From contig JBGPCF010000001.1 of the NCBI GenBank assembly GCA_041481635.1, positions 18,044 through 82,043 of the forward strand: a stretch of 64,000 nt of DNA. The letters run 5' to 3'. Shown piece by piece: positions 19,893 through 31,039 of the stretch (positions are counted from its first letter, which is position 1; each line of letters starts with the position of its first letter). A program made the position numbers and the translations under genes. Under the pieces are notes generated by a model. The model had not been told where the DNA came from, did no database searches, and worked only from the letters and a program-made list of their open reading frames with translations. The DNA is from Terriglobia bacterium (GTDB lineage: Bacteria > Acidobacteriota > Terriglobia > UBA7540).

Positions 19893-22532
19893 ATGGCGAC
19901 ACGATTTGACAAATTTACGGTTAAGGCTCAGGAAGCCCTGCAGGCCACGCAGGATGTAGCCGGGCGATATGGCAACCAGCAAATGGAGCCCGTTCATCTC
20001 CTGCGGGCGCTTGTCGAGCAACCGGAGGGAATTGTCCCGGCGATTCTGGCCCGGCTGGGCGTCACCCCGGCGATCGTCCTTCAAGAATCTGAGAAAGTCA
20101 TCGATGCTCTGCCCAAAGTGGGTGGCTCGACGGATCACTTCCTCTCCCCTGCCCTGAAAGAGATTTTTGACCAGGCGTCCAAGGAAATCGAACAGTTCAA
20201 GGACGAATTCGTTTCCACCGAACACTTGCTGCTGGCTCTGGCGCGGAAGCCCCGTGAAGCAGCGGGGAAAATTCTGGCGAAGTTGGGGGTAACGCACGAC
20301 GCCATTTTGAGAGCGCTGAAAGACGTGCGGGGCACGCAGCGCGTGACCGATCAAAATCCCGAAGCGAAATTCCAAGCACTGGAAAAATACGCGCGCGACC
20401 TCACCGAACTGGCCCGCCGCGGCAAGCTCGACCCAGTGATTGGCCGTGACGACGAAGTGCGACGGGTGATCCAGGTACTTTCCCGGCGCACCAAGAACAA
20501 TCCGGTCCTGATCGGCGAGCCGGGCGTGGGCAAGACGGCCATCGTGGAGGGCATCGCGCAGCGCATTGTAGCGGGCGACGTTCCGGAGTCGCTGAGATCC
20601 AAGCGCATCGTCGCGCTCGATTTGGGCGCGATGGTGGCGGGCTCAAAATATCGCGGCGAGTTCGAAGACCGTCTGAAAGCGGTACTGAAAGAAATTGAAG
20701 AGTCGAGCGGACAGGTCATTCTTTTTATTGACGAGCTCCACACGCTGGTGGGTGCGGGGGCCGCGGAAGGCGGCATTGACGCCTCCAACATGCTTAAGCC
20801 GGCGCTGGCGCGCGGCGAGTTGCGCTGCATCGGCGCCACCACGCTTAACGAGTACAAGAAATACATTGAAAAGGACGCGGCCCTCGAGCGGCGTTTCCAG
20901 CCCGTCCTAGTCGGCCAGCCGACGGTGGAAGACACCATCGCGATCTTGCGCGGGCTTAAAGAGAAGTACGAAGTCCACCACGGCGTGCGCATCAAGGACT
21001 CGGCGATCGTCGCCGCCGCCGTGCTTTCCAACCGCTACATCGCCGACCGATTCTTGCCCGACAAGGCCATCGATTTGATTGACGAAGCCGCCTCCAGCCT
21101 GCGCATTGAAATCGACTCGATGCCCGCCGAGGTCGACCAGATTCAGCGGCGCATCACTCCGCTTGAGATCGAGCGGCAGGCGCTTCGCAAAGAGGACGAC
21201 CCCGCCTCGGCCGAGCGCCTGAAGAAGCTGGAGCGCGAGCTCGCGGAGCTGACTGAGAAATCGAGCCAGCTGAAGTTGCGCTGGAATGCAGAAAAGGAAA
21301 TCATTGCCAGCATCCGCCAGCTCAAAAGCGAAATCGAGCAAGCCAAAATCGAGGAGCAGCGCGTGACGCGCGAGGGCGACCTGAACAAGGCCGCGGAAAT
21401 CCGCTATAGCAAAATGGTCGAACTGGAAAAGAATCTGGCTGCCGCCAACGCCAAGCTCGAACAGGCCCAGCAAGCGGGCCGCATGCTCAAGGAAGAAGTG
21501 GATGAAGAGGATGTGGCGCGCGTGGTTTCCAAGTGGACCGGCATTCCGGTATCCAAAATGCTCGAAGGCGAGATGTCCAAGCTGGTGAAGATGGAAGACC
21601 GCCTGCGCTTGCGCGTGGTGGGGCAGGACGAAGCGTTGCGCCTGGTGGCCAACGCGGTACGCCGCAGCCGCGCGGGACTTTCCGACCCCAACCGCCCCAT
21701 CGGTTCCTTCCTGTTTCTGGGGCCGACAGGCGTGGGCAAAACGGAGTTGGCACGCGCCCTCTCTGAATTCCTATTTGACGACGAGCACGCCCTGCTCCGA
21801 ATCGACATGTCCGAGTACATGGAGAAGCACTCCGTAGCTCGCCTGATCGGCGCGCCGCCCGGCTATGTCGGATACGACGAGGGCGGACAGTTGACCGAAC
21901 TAGTACGGCGGCGCCCCTACTCAGTAATCCTGTTTGACGAAATCGAGAAAGCGCATCCCGACGTCTTTAACATCCTGCTGCAAATCCTCGACGACGGCCG
22001 GCTGACCGACGGCAAAGGTCGCACCGTGGATTTCAAAAATGCCGTGGTCATCATGACTTCGAATATTGCCAGCCACGAGATTCGCGAGAGCATGAGCGGT
22101 GGCGCCGATCTTAGGGTCGGCACGGTCTCTGAAGAATTACGGCGAACAATTCATTCGACGCTGCTTCAACATTTCCGGCCGGAATTCATCAACCGAATTG
22201 ACGAGATTGTGATCTTCAACGCCCTGGGCAAGGAGCAAATAACCAAGATCGTTGAGCTCCAGCTCAACCATCTCAAGCGCCTGCTGGCGGAGCGCAAGAT
22301 CCAGATTGACCTGACGGACAAGGCACGCGAGTTGCTGTTTCGCGAGGGGTACGATCCGCAATTTGGCGCACGCCCTCTGAAGCGAGCCATCCAGCGGCTG
22401 ATCCAGGACCCGCTGGCGCTGAAGCTCCTGGATGGCGAAGTTCACGCAGGCGACACGCTAGCCGTCGACAGCGACTTGAAAAAGGGAGAAATGAAATTCG
22501 AGCGCGTGGCTGCCAAGGCGGCCAACAGGTGA
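19893..22532 (+). CDS. clpB: ATP-dependent chaperone/disaggregase ClpB
   Basis: Clp N-domain, two AAA+ modules ([16 protein letters not shown]) and a long coiled-coil middle domain. 879 aa. Confidence 0.97.
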   Translation: MATRFDKFTVKAQEALQATQDVAGRYGNQQMEPVHLLRALVEQPEGIVPAILARLGVTPAIVLQESEKVIDALPKVGGSTDHFLSPALKEIFDQASKEIEQFKDEFVSTEHLLLALARKPREAAGKILAKLGVTHDAILRALKDVRGTQRVTDQNPEAKFQALEKYARDLTELARRGKLDPVIGRDDEVRRVIQVLSRRTKNNPVLIGEPGVGKTAIVEGIAQRIVAGDVPESLRSKRIVALDLGAMVAGSKYRGEFEDRLKAVLKEIEESSGQVILFIDELHTLVGAGAAEGGIDASNMLKPALARGELRCIGATTLNEYKKYIEKDAALERRFQPVLVGQPTVEDTIAILRGLKEKYEVHHGVRIKDSAIVAAAVLSNRYIADRFLPDKAIDLIDEAASSLRIEIDSMPAEVDQIQRRITPLEIERQALRKEDDPASAERLKKLERELAELTEKSSQLKLRWNAEKEIIASIRQLKSEIEQAKIEEQRVTREGDLNKAAEIRYSKMVELEKNLAAANAKLEQAQQAGRMLKEEVDEEDVARVVSKWTGIPVSKMLEGEMSKLVKMEDRLRLRVVGQDEALRLVANAVRRSRAGLSDPNRPIGSFLFLGPTGVGKTELARALSEFLFDDEHALLRIDMSEYMEKHSVARLIGAPPGYVGYDEGGQLTELVRRRPYSVILFDEIEKAHPDVFNILLQILDDGRLTDGKGRTVDFKNAVVIMTSNIASHEIRESMSGGADLRVGTVSEELRRTIHSTLLQHFRPEFINRIDEIVIFNALGKEQITKIVELQLNHLKRLLAERKIQIDLTDKARELLFREGYDPQFGARPLKRAIQRLIQDPLALKLLDGEVHAGDTLAVDSDLKKGEMKFERVAAKAANR

Positions 22533-22634
22533 AGATCCATGTGGCGCTGGCACCACGGGGTGACTGCTTGCTGCTTAACTTTGGGCGGTCCAACTGCATC
22601 TAATGGATGTGAAGGGAATTTGGGAGATTAATTT

Positions 22635-23486
22635 ATGTGGAACAATTTGAAGACAACGGTATTGCTGGCCGGCATGACCGGGCTGTTTTTGGCTATGGGT
22701 GAGCTATGGCGCGGACAGAGCGGCATGATTTTTGCCCTCGTACTAGCCGGAGTTATGAACCTGGGCGCGTATTTCTTTTCCGATAAGATCGCCCTGGCAT
22801 CGAGTGGCGCCCAACCCATTTCGCGCGAGGATGGCCCGCGCATTTACCAGATCGTGGAGCGCCTGGCCGGCAAGGCCAACATTCCCGTGCCCAAGATTTA
22901 CATGATTCCCACCGACTCGCCCAACGCGTTTGCGACCGGCCGCAACCCCAGCCACGCCTCGGTGGCGGTGACCCGCGGGATTCTCGAGATTTGCACGGAC
23001 GAAGAAATTGAAGGCGTGTTGGCCCATGAGTTGGGTCACGTAAAGAACCGCGACATTCTCACTAGCGCCGTAGTGGCGACCCTCGCCGGCGCGATCACCT
23101 TGATCGCCCGAATGATTTACTGGGGTGAACTCTTTACTGGTTACGGAAGCAGTGACAGCCGGCGGGGCGGAATTTTCTCGGCCCTGGCTATGATTATTGT
23201 GGCGCCCCTGGCCGCCACGCTCATCCAGTTGGCGATTTCCCGCTCGCGGGAATACGAAGCCGACCATACGGGTGCGGAAATTACCGGCAACCCTCGCGGC
23301 CTTGCTTCCGCGCTGCAGAAGATCGACCAGTGGTCCAAGCGGGTGCCCATGCAGGTTTCACCTTCCATGGCGCACATGTATATAGCTCAGCCGCTGACCT
23401 CCGGCGAAATTTTCAGCAGCCTCTTTTCCACTCACCCGCCGATCCCCAAGAGGATTGAGCGGTTGATTGGAAGGGACTTTGTCTAA
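22635..23486 (+). CDS. htpX: membrane zinc metalloprotease HtpX (M48 family)
   Basis: N-terminal TM helices, HELGHVKNRD motif, downstream EYEAD. Confidence 0.9.
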   Translation: MWNNLKTTVLLAGMTGLFLAMGELWRGQSGMIFALVLAGVMNLGAYFFSDKIALASSGAQPISREDGPRIYQIVERLAGKANIPVPKIYMIPTDSPNAFATGRNPSHASVAVTRGILEICTDEEIEGVLAHELGHVKNRDILTSAVVATLAGAITLIARMIYWGELFTGYGSSDSRRGGIFSALAMIIVAPLAATLIQLAISRSREYEADHTGAEITGNPRGLASALQKIDQWSKRVPMQVSPSMAHMYIAQPLTSGEIFSSLFSTHPPIPKRIERLIGRDFV

Positions 23487-23715
23487 GACTTCGCCCCATC
23501 GTCCGTAATCGGAGAAATGAAAGCCGGGCGCGAAAATCACGCAATCACCTGCGGCGATGTGTGCTCTCTCTGGTTTCCACCCGCATGTCTCACTAAGGCT
23601 CGGACCCAGTTGACACTCGCTTTGTCATAACGCAGAATCGTTTCTCCCACACTGCATCGGGCTTGGAACTCCCGGATGAAGTGTCGGAAAATCTTATCCT
23701 GCATGGGGGTTAGAA

Positions 23716-24195
23716 ATGGCAGCTAAAGTAAAGCCGATTCCCGACGGATTCCATTCCATCACTCCAGGCCTGGTCTGCAAGGACGCGGCGCGCGCGATCG
23801 AGTTTTATAAGAAGGCCTTCGGGGCCAAGGAGCGGATGCGCATGCCCACTCCCGACGGCAAGATTGGCCACGCGGAATTGCAGATCGGCGACTCCATCTT
23901 TTTCTTGGGAGATGAATTTCCCCAGATGGGCACGGTCGCGCCCACAGGGCCACAAAGCGTCTCCCTCTTCGTTTACGTTGAGGATGTCGACGCTGTTTTC
24001 AAGCGCGCCGTAGCAGCCGGCGCGCGAGTGGATATGCCAGTCACCGACCAATTCTGGGGCGATCGCTATGGAAAACTTACCGACCCGTTCGGCCATCACT
24101 GGGGAATCGCGACGCACACGGAAGATGTATCCCCGGAGGAGATGGATCGTCGCGCCAAGGAATTCGCCAAGAAAATGGCCGTCGCGAAAGCCTGA
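23716..24195 (+). CDS. VOC/glyoxalase-family protein (PhnB-like)
   Basis: Size and sequence (AIEFYKKAFGA...HAELQIGDS...FWGDRYGKLTDPFGHHWGI) typical of the PhnB-like VOC family. Confidence 0.75.
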   Translation: MAAKVKPIPDGFHSITPGLVCKDAARAIEFYKKAFGAKERMRMPTPDGKIGHAELQIGDSIFFLGDEFPQMGTVAPTGPQSVSLFVYVEDVDAVFKRAVAAGARVDMPVTDQFWGDRYGKLTDPFGHHWGIATHTEDVSPEEMDRRAKEFAKKMAVAKA

Positions 24196-24347
24196 TTGGC
24201 AGTCTTTTTACTGCTCTACGTTTTGTGTGTTGATTGGGGCGCCGGGTGAATTCAATCTCCTCCGCTGCGCCCCATCCCTCCTTGCTTCTCATTCTGCAGA
24301 CGGTGGGTTTCCGTACGCCTTGACTTCGCCTTGTCTGGAATGCCACA

Positions 24348-25274
24348 GTGATTGACGGAAAGGGAACGAGTCCGCGTTCCGCTGGTCTACCGGGCTCGCG
24401 CCTCCCCGCGATCATGGCCGGCATAACCTTTGAAGAGTTCTTCGCGAAGAACCGCCAGCAGGTTGCTGACCTTTATCAATCGTCCGGCGCCGCTCGTTGG
24501 TCTGTCCCTATCGAAGATTTTGCGCAGGCCACGTGGAAGGGCATCGCTTCAGCGGCGCTTGCCGAGCCCGGCGAGATTCCCCGCCTGCTCTCGGCTTTGC
24601 GCTCTGAAGACCTGGCCCTGGCGCTCGGTTGCGTTCGCGGCGATGAACGGGCTTGGGATACTTTTTGTTCGCAATTTCGCTCCTCCCTTTACGAATCCGC
24701 ATATGCCGTAGCGCACGAAGAAACTCAAGCGCGCGACCTCGCCGACTCGCTCTTGGCCGAACTCTTTGGACTGGATGCCACCGTCCCCGGCAGGAACTCC
24801 CGCTTCGCTTATTTTCACGGCCGGAGCAGTTTGAAAACCTGGCTGCGCGCGGTGCTCTACCAGAGGTTTGTAGACGAATACCGCCGCCACAGCCGACTGG
24901 TTCCTCTGGCTGAAGATCCACCCGAAGTTGCAGCCACCGGAACTTCGGTTGAGGAGCAGGACGATCGCCGGTACGCGGAGTGCCTTGGTGATGCAGTGGA
25001 GGCCGCACTCGGCGAGCTCCCTCCGTCCGAGAAGCTCTTGCTCAGCTATTATTACGTTCAGGAATTAACTCTCAAACAGATTGGGCGGCTCTCAGGGGAA
25101 CACGAGGCGACGATTTCACGGCACCTCGAGTCCCTCAGGAAAAAGCTGCGCAAGCGCATTGAAACTTACTTGCGCAGCGTCAGAAAACTCAGTGCATTGG
25201 AGGTCGACCGCTGCCTTGACTTTGGCTCGCGCGGAGTCATCATGAATATGGAGAGGGTTTTGAAGCCAAAATAA
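24348..25274 (+). CDS. ECF-like sigma factor with an N-terminal extension
   Basis: Region 2-like segment (DLADSLLAELFG...LKTWLRAVLYQRFVDEYRR) and region 4 HTH (ELTLKQIGRLSGEHEATISRHLESLRKKLRKR). About 100 aa precede region 2. The start is uncertain (GTG 24348 or ATG 24414). Confidence 0.7.
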   Translation: MIDGKGTSPRSAGLPGSRLPAIMAGITFEEFFAKNRQQVADLYQSSGAARWSVPIEDFAQATWKGIASAALAEPGEIPRLLSALRSEDLALALGCVRGDERAWDTFCSQFRSSLYESAYAVAHEETQARDLADSLLAELFGLDATVPGRNSRFAYFHGRSSLKTWLRAVLYQRFVDEYRRHSRLVPLAEDPPEVAATGTSVEEQDDRRYAECLGDAVEAALGELPPSEKLLLSYYYVQELTLKQIGRLSGEHEATISRHLESLRKKLRKRIETYLRSVRKLSALEVDRCLDFGSRGVIMNMERVLKPK

Positions 25275-25401
25275 TATTTGCAATGGTGGAGGAATCGCAC
25301 GTTCTAATCATTGGGAAGGTTTAAGAAGGCTGATGGGCAGGAGGGCCGATCGCTGACTGGCAGCCGCTCGAGTTGTCCAAGGGCGGCGAAATGAGCGCTT
25401 T

Positions 25402-26886
25402 ATGAAGGACGACTCGGTTCGAGACAAAGCGATGGAAAAACTGGTGGAGAGGGGGCTGCGCGCCGGCCTCAAACCGGCAAGCTCGAGCTGCCTGGATGCT
25501 GAGATCATGGCGGCGTACGTTGAGCACGCCCTGTCTCCACGGGAACGCGCCAACTGTGAAGGACACCTTGTATCCTGCGCACGCTGCCAGGAGCACGTTG
25601 CCGCGCTGGTTCGATTGAGTGAATCCGATGAACCCGCACAAGTCCGGGTTGCCGCGGCGCCGGCGCGTGCCCTGCGACCAAGCTGGTTCCGCATGGCCTT
25701 TGCCGGCCCGGTTTTGGCCGCTGTGCTGGTTGGCGGGATTTATTTCATGGGCCCGTTCAGAGACGTCATTAAAGAGCCACCAGAAACCAGTCACCCAGTT
25801 CAGCACCCGTCAACTCCCCCACCGCCTCCACCACAAAATTATGATCAAGATAAAGGTGAGCCTAACAGCGCAGCCAAGCGGACCCAAGTCGCATCCGGGG
25901 ACAAGAAAGCTTCAGATGATAATTCGCAGCCGTTAAAGCTGGTTGAGAAGAAGGCCACCACTCAACCTCCAACCACGCCGACACGAAGCGAGGGTGGAAC
26001 GCCAGCATCGATCACCACGACCGTCGGGCGGAATACGCAACCTGCACCGCCGTCGCCTCAGCAGACAAGTTCTTCGCTCACGGATGCCCAGAGTATGCCG
26101 AGAAACCTTCCTAAGCCGGAGCCCACGACGACCGAGCGTGGCTCACCCGTTCGGTCCCAGGAAATCGCAACGCCGTCGGTTCGGGCCAAGATTGCGCAAG
26201 CTGGCCCGGGAGAAAACGGAGAGGCAGGCGGCGGCAAAGGCATGGAGACATCAATCGGCGGTACGGGGGGAAGGGCTGCGGGAGGACTCGCCAATAACCT
26301 ATACAGAAAAAATTCAAAGGACGAAGACAAAGTCAGACCCGCACAAAGGCAAGGCGATGCAACGGGAACAATCGCCAAAGAAGAGGCTGATGTTGCAAAA
26401 GCCAAAACGCAGAACGAAGCCATAGCCAAGACGGATTCCAGGACCACGACCCCGCCTTCCACGGAACCCCGTGACCGAGAGCAAAGAAAACAAGAAGTTA
26501 CTCCTTCGGTTGAAATCAGTGCCGCAAGCCACTCTGGAAAAACGGAATTGGTGGTTTCATCACCAATTTGGAGAGTCGGCCGGCACGGATTGATCGCGCA
26601 AAGGGATCAAAACGGTAATTGGAAGAAGCGCAAAAGCGGCGTTAAGGCCGATCTCAATGAAATTTCGTTTGCCAGCCCTGAAGTCGGCTGGGCGGTGGGC
26701 CAGGCCGGGTCCATCCTGCGATCGACGGACGGAGGAAAGGTATGGATCCAAGTGCCCAGCCCCAGCAATGAAGATATTGTCCACGTCACTGCCATAAGCG
26801 AATGGGCAGCCAGCATCGTCACTCGTAGCGGCGACACCCTGAACACAGCCGACGGAGGCAAGACGTGGAGCCCTAAATCACAATAA
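25402..26886 (+). CDS. anti-sigma factor (zf-HC2) with TM segment, Pro/Thr-rich linker and BNR/Ycf48-like C-terminal domain
   Basis: HLVSCARCQEHV (H-x3-C-x2-C). TM segment AGPVLAAVLVGGIYF. Low-complexity linker. Two S/T-x-D-G-G-K-x-W repeats (STDGGKVW, TADGGKTW). Confidence 0.7.
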   Translation: MKDDSVRDKAMEKLVERGLRAGLKPASSSCLDAEIMAAYVEHALSPRERANCEGHLVSCARCQEHVAALVRLSESDEPAQVRVAAAPARALRPSWFRMAFAGPVLAAVLVGGIYFMGPFRDVIKEPPETSHPVQHPSTPPPPPPQNYDQDKGEPNSAAKRTQVASGDKKASDDNSQPLKLVEKKATTQPPTTPTRSEGGTPASITTTVGRNTQPAPPSPQQTSSSLTDAQSMPRNLPKPEPTTTERGSPVRSQEIATPSVRAKIAQAGPGENGEAGGGKGMETSIGGTGGRAAGGLANNLYRKNSKDEDKVRPAQRQGDATGTIAKEEADVAKAKTQNEAIAKTDSRTTTPPSTEPRDREQRKQEVTPSVEISAASHSGKTELVVSSPIWRVGRHGLIAQRDQNGNWKKRKSGVKADLNEISFASPEVGWAVGQAGSILRSTDGGKVWIQVPSPSNEDIVHVTAISEWAASIVTRSGDTLNTADGGKTWSPKSQ

Positions 26887-26988
26887 ATAAACTCCGATTC
26901 ACATATTCAACCGTTGGACCAGATTGACGCATTCTCTACCTCCCAGCATTTCCGATGTTAAAATGGAAAAGGATTTGATCCTCTCGTC

Positions 26989-28404
26989 ATGGCTCGAACG
27001 CGCGACCTTTACTCTCGGTGGGCGCTTGAAATGCGGCGCAGCGGGTTTTTCAAGGCCGGCGACCGCATCGGAGTGGCCGTTTCTGGCGGGCCTGACTCGA
27101 TCCTCCTGCTTGCCTTCATGAAACAGCTTGCCCGTGAAATGGGGCTCACGCCAGTCGCCGTCCATTTCAATCACCGCCTGCGTGGGGCGGAGGCAGATGC
27201 CGATGAGCGTTTCGTTTGTGAACAAGCTCGCCGGCTCGGGATCGATTGGATGCGAGGCGAAGGTGATGTGTCCAAGGTGGCGCGCGAAAGGCATAGAAAT
27301 ATCGAAGCGACGGCTCGTAACCTCCGCTACCAATTTTTCTTTTCTCTGGTCAACCAGGGACGCGTGGACAAAATCGTCACCGCGCACACGGCAAACGACC
27401 AGGCCGAGACCGTTCTTTTGAAACTCCTGCGTGGCGCAGGCACTCGCGGGCTGGGAGGGATATTCCCTGTGCTCGAAACCAAAGTCGTTCGTCCGTTTCT
27501 GAGCGTCACCCGGGCCGAGGTCGAACAGGAAATGAAGAAGCTGAAACTGGAATCGCGCCAGGATTCCTCCAATGAAAACCTGAATCTTCGCCGCAATAAG
27601 ATCCGAAAGGAACTTCTGCCGCTCCTTCAAAGAGAGTTTAATCCGGAAGTGATCAACCTGCTCAAAGACCTTGCCGAGCGAGCCAGAGACGACGAAGATT
27701 GTTTGGAAAGCCTGGCCCACGAGCGGGCTCGGCCGTGGCGGGTTCAGGAAGGGTCGGAGCAAAAGATTCCCGCCCGCTCCCTGAGCGAATTTCCCGTGGC
27801 CATTGGCCGGAGAGTATTGCGACAAATGATCCAGGCAGTCAGGGGAAATCTTCGCGGAGTAACTTATCGGCAAATCGAAGCGCTCCGCCGGTTCGCCGTC
27901 GAGGCCCAGAGTGGCCGCCGGCTGATGTTGCCTGGAGCCGTGGAGGCTCGTAGAGAGTTTGACTGGTTGGTCCTTGCGCCTTCGCTCGCACCCCAAAGGA
28001 GTCTGGAATATTGCCACCCTGTCGTTATTCCTGGGGGGGTGTCCGTCCCCCAAATTGGCCTCACCTTCCAGTTTAAAATTATTGGCCCGGAGGACGGCCC
28101 AAGGGCGTATAATGCCTCAGGGGCGGTGGGCCTAGACCCACTGAAATTATCCGGTCCACTGGTCTTGAGGAATTGGCGCGCGGGCGACAAGTTTTGGGCT
28201 TCGGGGAGTCGAGAGGCCCGGAATCTGAAGGGTTTTTTCGCACGGCGTAAAATTCCGCAAGCTGAGAGAAGGGTGTGGCCCGTTCTCGCCGCGGGAGACG
28301 AGATTGTCTGGGCACGGGATTTTCCTCCCGCGAACCATAAGATCGCTTCTCCCAACGCAAAGTGGCTACTGGTTAGAGTGGACAAAACTGAAACTAACGG
28401 TTAG
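26989..28404 (+). CDS. tilS: tRNA(Ile)-lysidine synthase
   Basis: PP-loop VAVSGGPDS. Conserved position upstream of hpt-ftsH. Confidence 0.85.
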   Translation: MARTRDLYSRWALEMRRSGFFKAGDRIGVAVSGGPDSILLLAFMKQLAREMGLTPVAVHFNHRLRGAEADADERFVCEQARRLGIDWMRGEGDVSKVARERHRNIEATARNLRYQFFFSLVNQGRVDKIVTAHTANDQAETVLLKLLRGAGTRGLGGIFPVLETKVVRPFLSVTRAEVEQEMKKLKLESRQDSSNENLNLRRNKIRKELLPLLQREFNPEVINLLKDLAERARDDEDCLESLAHERARPWRVQEGSEQKIPARSLSEFPVAIGRRVLRQMIQAVRGNLRGVTYRQIEALRRFAVEAQSGRRLMLPGAVEARREFDWLVLAPSLAPQRSLEYCHPVVIPGGVSVPQIGLTFQFKIIGPEDGPRAYNASGAVGLDPLKLSGPLVLRNWRAGDKFWASGSREARNLKGFFARRKIPQAERRVWPVLAAGDEIVWARDFPPANHKIASPNAKWLLVRVDKTETNG

Positions 28405-28422
28405 GGCCCGAGTAAAGCCAAA

Positions 28423-29031
28423 ATGAAAAAACGTTCTAAGAAACCAGCGAAGAAATCTAGAGCTTCCAAATCGCCTAAGAAGCCGGCGTCAACAAAGGCT
28501 CAAGGGGTTCTTCCCGGCGATCATCTCCGTGTAATTTTCACCCAAAAGCAAATCGAGAAGCGTGTGCACGACTTGGCCGCACAGGTCAACCGTGACTTCC
28601 AAGGCAAGACGCTGCACGTGATCGGGATACTGGAGAACTGCTTCCTGTTCATGGCGGACCTGGTGCGCGAAATTAAGATTCCGGTTATCTGTCATTTCCT
28701 CAAGGCGGAAATCAAGGATGATTCCTCGGGCAAAGTTGCCGTGCGAGAGATTGTGTATACCCCTCGAGTCGATGTGGCCGGAAAGGACGTCCTCCTGGTG
28801 GACGGCATTTTGCAGTCCGGAGTCACCATCGACCATCTAGTTCGTGTAATGCAGGTGCAGCAGGTAAACTCCATCAACGTCGCCGAATTAATTGAGAAGA
28901 CGGAAGAACTCAAGGTGGACCTGGCCACCCGATACGTCGGCTTCAAAACCCAGGAAAAATTCCTGGTTGGCTACGGACTGGGATTCCAAGAAAAGTACCG
29001 GAACCTTCCCTACGTGGCCAGCCTAAGTTAA
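28423..29031 (+). CDS. hpt: hypoxanthine phosphoribosyltransferase with Lys-rich N-terminal extension
   Basis: PRT fold and PRPP loop (KDVLLVDGILQSGVT). tilS-hpt-ftsH synteny. The first ~30 aa are KKxxK-rich. Confidence 0.8.
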   Translation: MKKRSKKPAKKSRASKSPKKPASTKAQGVLPGDHLRVIFTQKQIEKRVHDLAAQVNRDFQGKTLHVIGILENCFLFMADLVREIKIPVICHFLKAEIKDDSSGKVAVREIVYTPRVDVAGKDVLLVDGILQSGVTIDHLVRVMQVQQVNSINVAELIEKTEELKVDLATRYVGFKTQEKFLVGYGLGFQEKYRNLPYVASLS

Positions 29032-29143
29032 TTTTGGTGAGAGTCGGGACGAAATAGCGCGTTGAGGCATCTAATATACTGAGGAAGAAAAGGACAAAAG
29101 GTAAAGCCGGGGTCTTTGTGGAAAGGCCAGAGGAGAAAACGAC

Positions 29144-31039
29144 GTGAACTCCGCAGTCAAAAACATTATCTTCTGGGTTCTGATGGTAGCCCTCACTGTC
29201 CTGGTGTGGGCGGTGGTCAAGAATAATTCTCCCCAAACCACCAGGGAATTAACCTTTACGGAGTTCATGACTGAGCTGAACAACAGCAACATCAAAGACG
29301 TGACCATCGTCGGAACCGACGCCAATGGAACGTTCAAGAAGGACGGCGGCAAGTTCAAAACCACCATCCCGACGAATTACCCTGACCTTTATAAGACCCT
29401 GCAGGAGAAGAGCGCCAACGTCACTGTGAAAGATAGTTCGGGCAGCAATTGGATAACGTGGGTGGCCAACGGCCTGCCCATCCTCCTCCTGTTCGGCCTG
29501 TGGATTTTCTTCATGCGCCAGATGCAAAGTGGCGGGAATAAAGCTCTCTCTTTTGGCAAGAGCCGCGCGAAACTGCTTTCCAGCCAACAAAAGAAAGTCA
29601 CTTTTAAAGACGTGGCAGGCGTCGACGAAGCCAAGGAAGAGTTGCACGAAATAATCGACTTCCTGCGCGAGCCGCAAAAATTCCAGAAACTGGGCGGGCG
29701 CATTCCCAAAGGCGTCTTGCTGGTGGGGCCTCCAGGGACGGGCAAAACCCTCCTGGCCCGGGCTATCGCCGGTGAGGCGAATGTTCCTTTCTTTTCGATT
29801 TCCGGCTCGGATTTTGTGGAGATGTTTGTCGGCGTGGGCGCTTCCCGCGTTCGGGATCTTTTCGAACAAGGCAAAAAGAATGCGCCCTGCATTGTCTTCA
29901 TTGACGAGATTGACGCGGTGGGACGCCATCGAGGCGCGGGGCTGGGTGGCGGCCACGACGAGCGAGAGCAAACTTTGAATCAATTGCTGGTGGAGATGGA
30001 CGGCTTTGAATCGAACGAAGGCGTCATCCTGATTGCCGCCAGCAACCGCCCCGACGTGCTGGACCCCGCGCTCCTTCGCCCCGGCCGCTTTGACCGCCGG
30101 GTGGTGGTCCCCCTCCCCGATGTGGGTGGCCGCGAAGGCATCCTGAAAGTGCATAGCAAGAAGATTCCACTCGCCGAAGACGTGGAGCTCTCCGTCCTGG
30201 CCCGAGGCACACCGGGGTTCTCGGGAGCTGATTTGGCCAATCTCGTCAATGAGGCCGCGTTGCTGGCTGCGGGACAGGGCCGGAAGCAAGTGGTGATGGC
30301 TGATTTTGAGTCGTCCAAAGACAAAGTGATGATGGGGAAAGAACGCCGGTCGCTCATTCTTTCCGAAGACGAGAAGAAGACAACGGCGTATCACGAGGCT
30401 GGACACGCGTTGGTGGCCGCTATGGTGCCCTATGCCGACCCTCTCCACAAGGTCACCATCATCCCACGCGGGATGGCCCTCGGCATCACCATGCAGTTGC
30501 CGTTGGATGATAAGCACAACTATTCCAAAGACTACCTCGAGTCGCGCCTTGCCATTTCAATGGGTGGCCGCGCGGCGGAGGAAATCTTCCTGAATCAGGT
30601 AACCACGGGAGCCAGCAACGACATCGAGCGCGCCACGGAAATCGCGCGGCGCATGGTCTGCGAGTTTGGCATGTCTGACCTCGGGCCGCTGGCTTTCGGC
30701 AAGAACGAACAGGAAATCTTTCTCGGACGAGACCTCGCTACGCACCGCGATTTCAGCGAAGACACCGCCATTAAGATCGATCAGGAAGTGAAGAAGTTCA
30801 TGATGACGGCATACCAGCGCGCCAAGGATGCAATCGAGACCAACCGCGACTCGCTAATCCGGATCGCCGAGGCACTCTTGATTCGCGAAGTCCTGGACGC
30901 CGCCGACGTGAAGTTGCTGTTGGAAGGGAAACCGTTGCCTGAAAAGATTCGGCCGGAGCCGCCCATCGAAACCACGCAAGTCCTCAAGCCGCAGCCCGCA
31001 ACCAAAGTTCCGGGCCGCGAACGCCCACAGCCGGCGTAA
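29144..31039 (+). CDS. ftsH: ATP-dependent zinc metalloprotease FtsH
   Basis: Two N-terminal TM segments, AAA+ Walker A GPPGTGKT, Walker [16 protein letters not shown] zinc motif. Confidence 0.97.
   Translation: MNSAVKNIIFWVLMVALTVLVWAVVKNNSPQTTRELTFTEFMTELNNSNIKDVTIVGTDANGTFKKDGGKFKTTIPTNYPDLYKTLQEKSANVTVKDSSGSNWITWVANGLPILLLFGLWIFFMRQMQSGGNKALSFGKSRAKLLSSQQKKVTFKDVAGVDEAKEELHEIIDFLREPQKFQKLGGRIPKGVLLVGPPGTGKTLLARAIAGEANVPFFSISGSDFVEMFVGVGASRVRDLFEQGKKNAPCIVFIDEIDAVGRHRGAGLGGGHDEREQTLNQLLVEMDGFESNEGVILIAASNRPDVLDPALLRPGRFDRRVVVPLPDVGGREGILKVHSKKIPLAEDVELSVLARGTPGFSGADLANLVNEAALLAAGQGRKQVVMADFESSKDKVMMGKERRSLILSEDEKKTTAYHEAGHALVAAMVPYADPLHKVTIIPRGMALGITMQLPLDDKHNYSKDYLESRLAISMGGRAAEEIFLNQVTTGASNDIERATEIARRMVCEFGMSDLGPLAFGKNEQEIFLGRDLATHRDFSEDTAIKIDQEVKKFMMTAYQRAKDAIETNRDSLIRIAEALLIREVLDAADVKLLLEGKPLPEKIRPEPPIETTQVLKPQPATKVPGRERPQPA

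Noticed and set aside
20351-21031. 226-aa minus-strand ORF and neighbouring antisense ORFs inside clpB
   Set aside because: Ser/Arg/Ala-rich shadow ORFs antisense to clpB.
26899-28053. 384-aa minus-strand ORF
   Set aside because: Antisense to tilS, which has the PP-loop and conserved synteny. No recognisable motif.
29249-30517. 422-aa minus-strand ORF
   Set aside because: Antisense to ftsH (unambiguous AAA+ and HExxH motifs). Shadow ORF.
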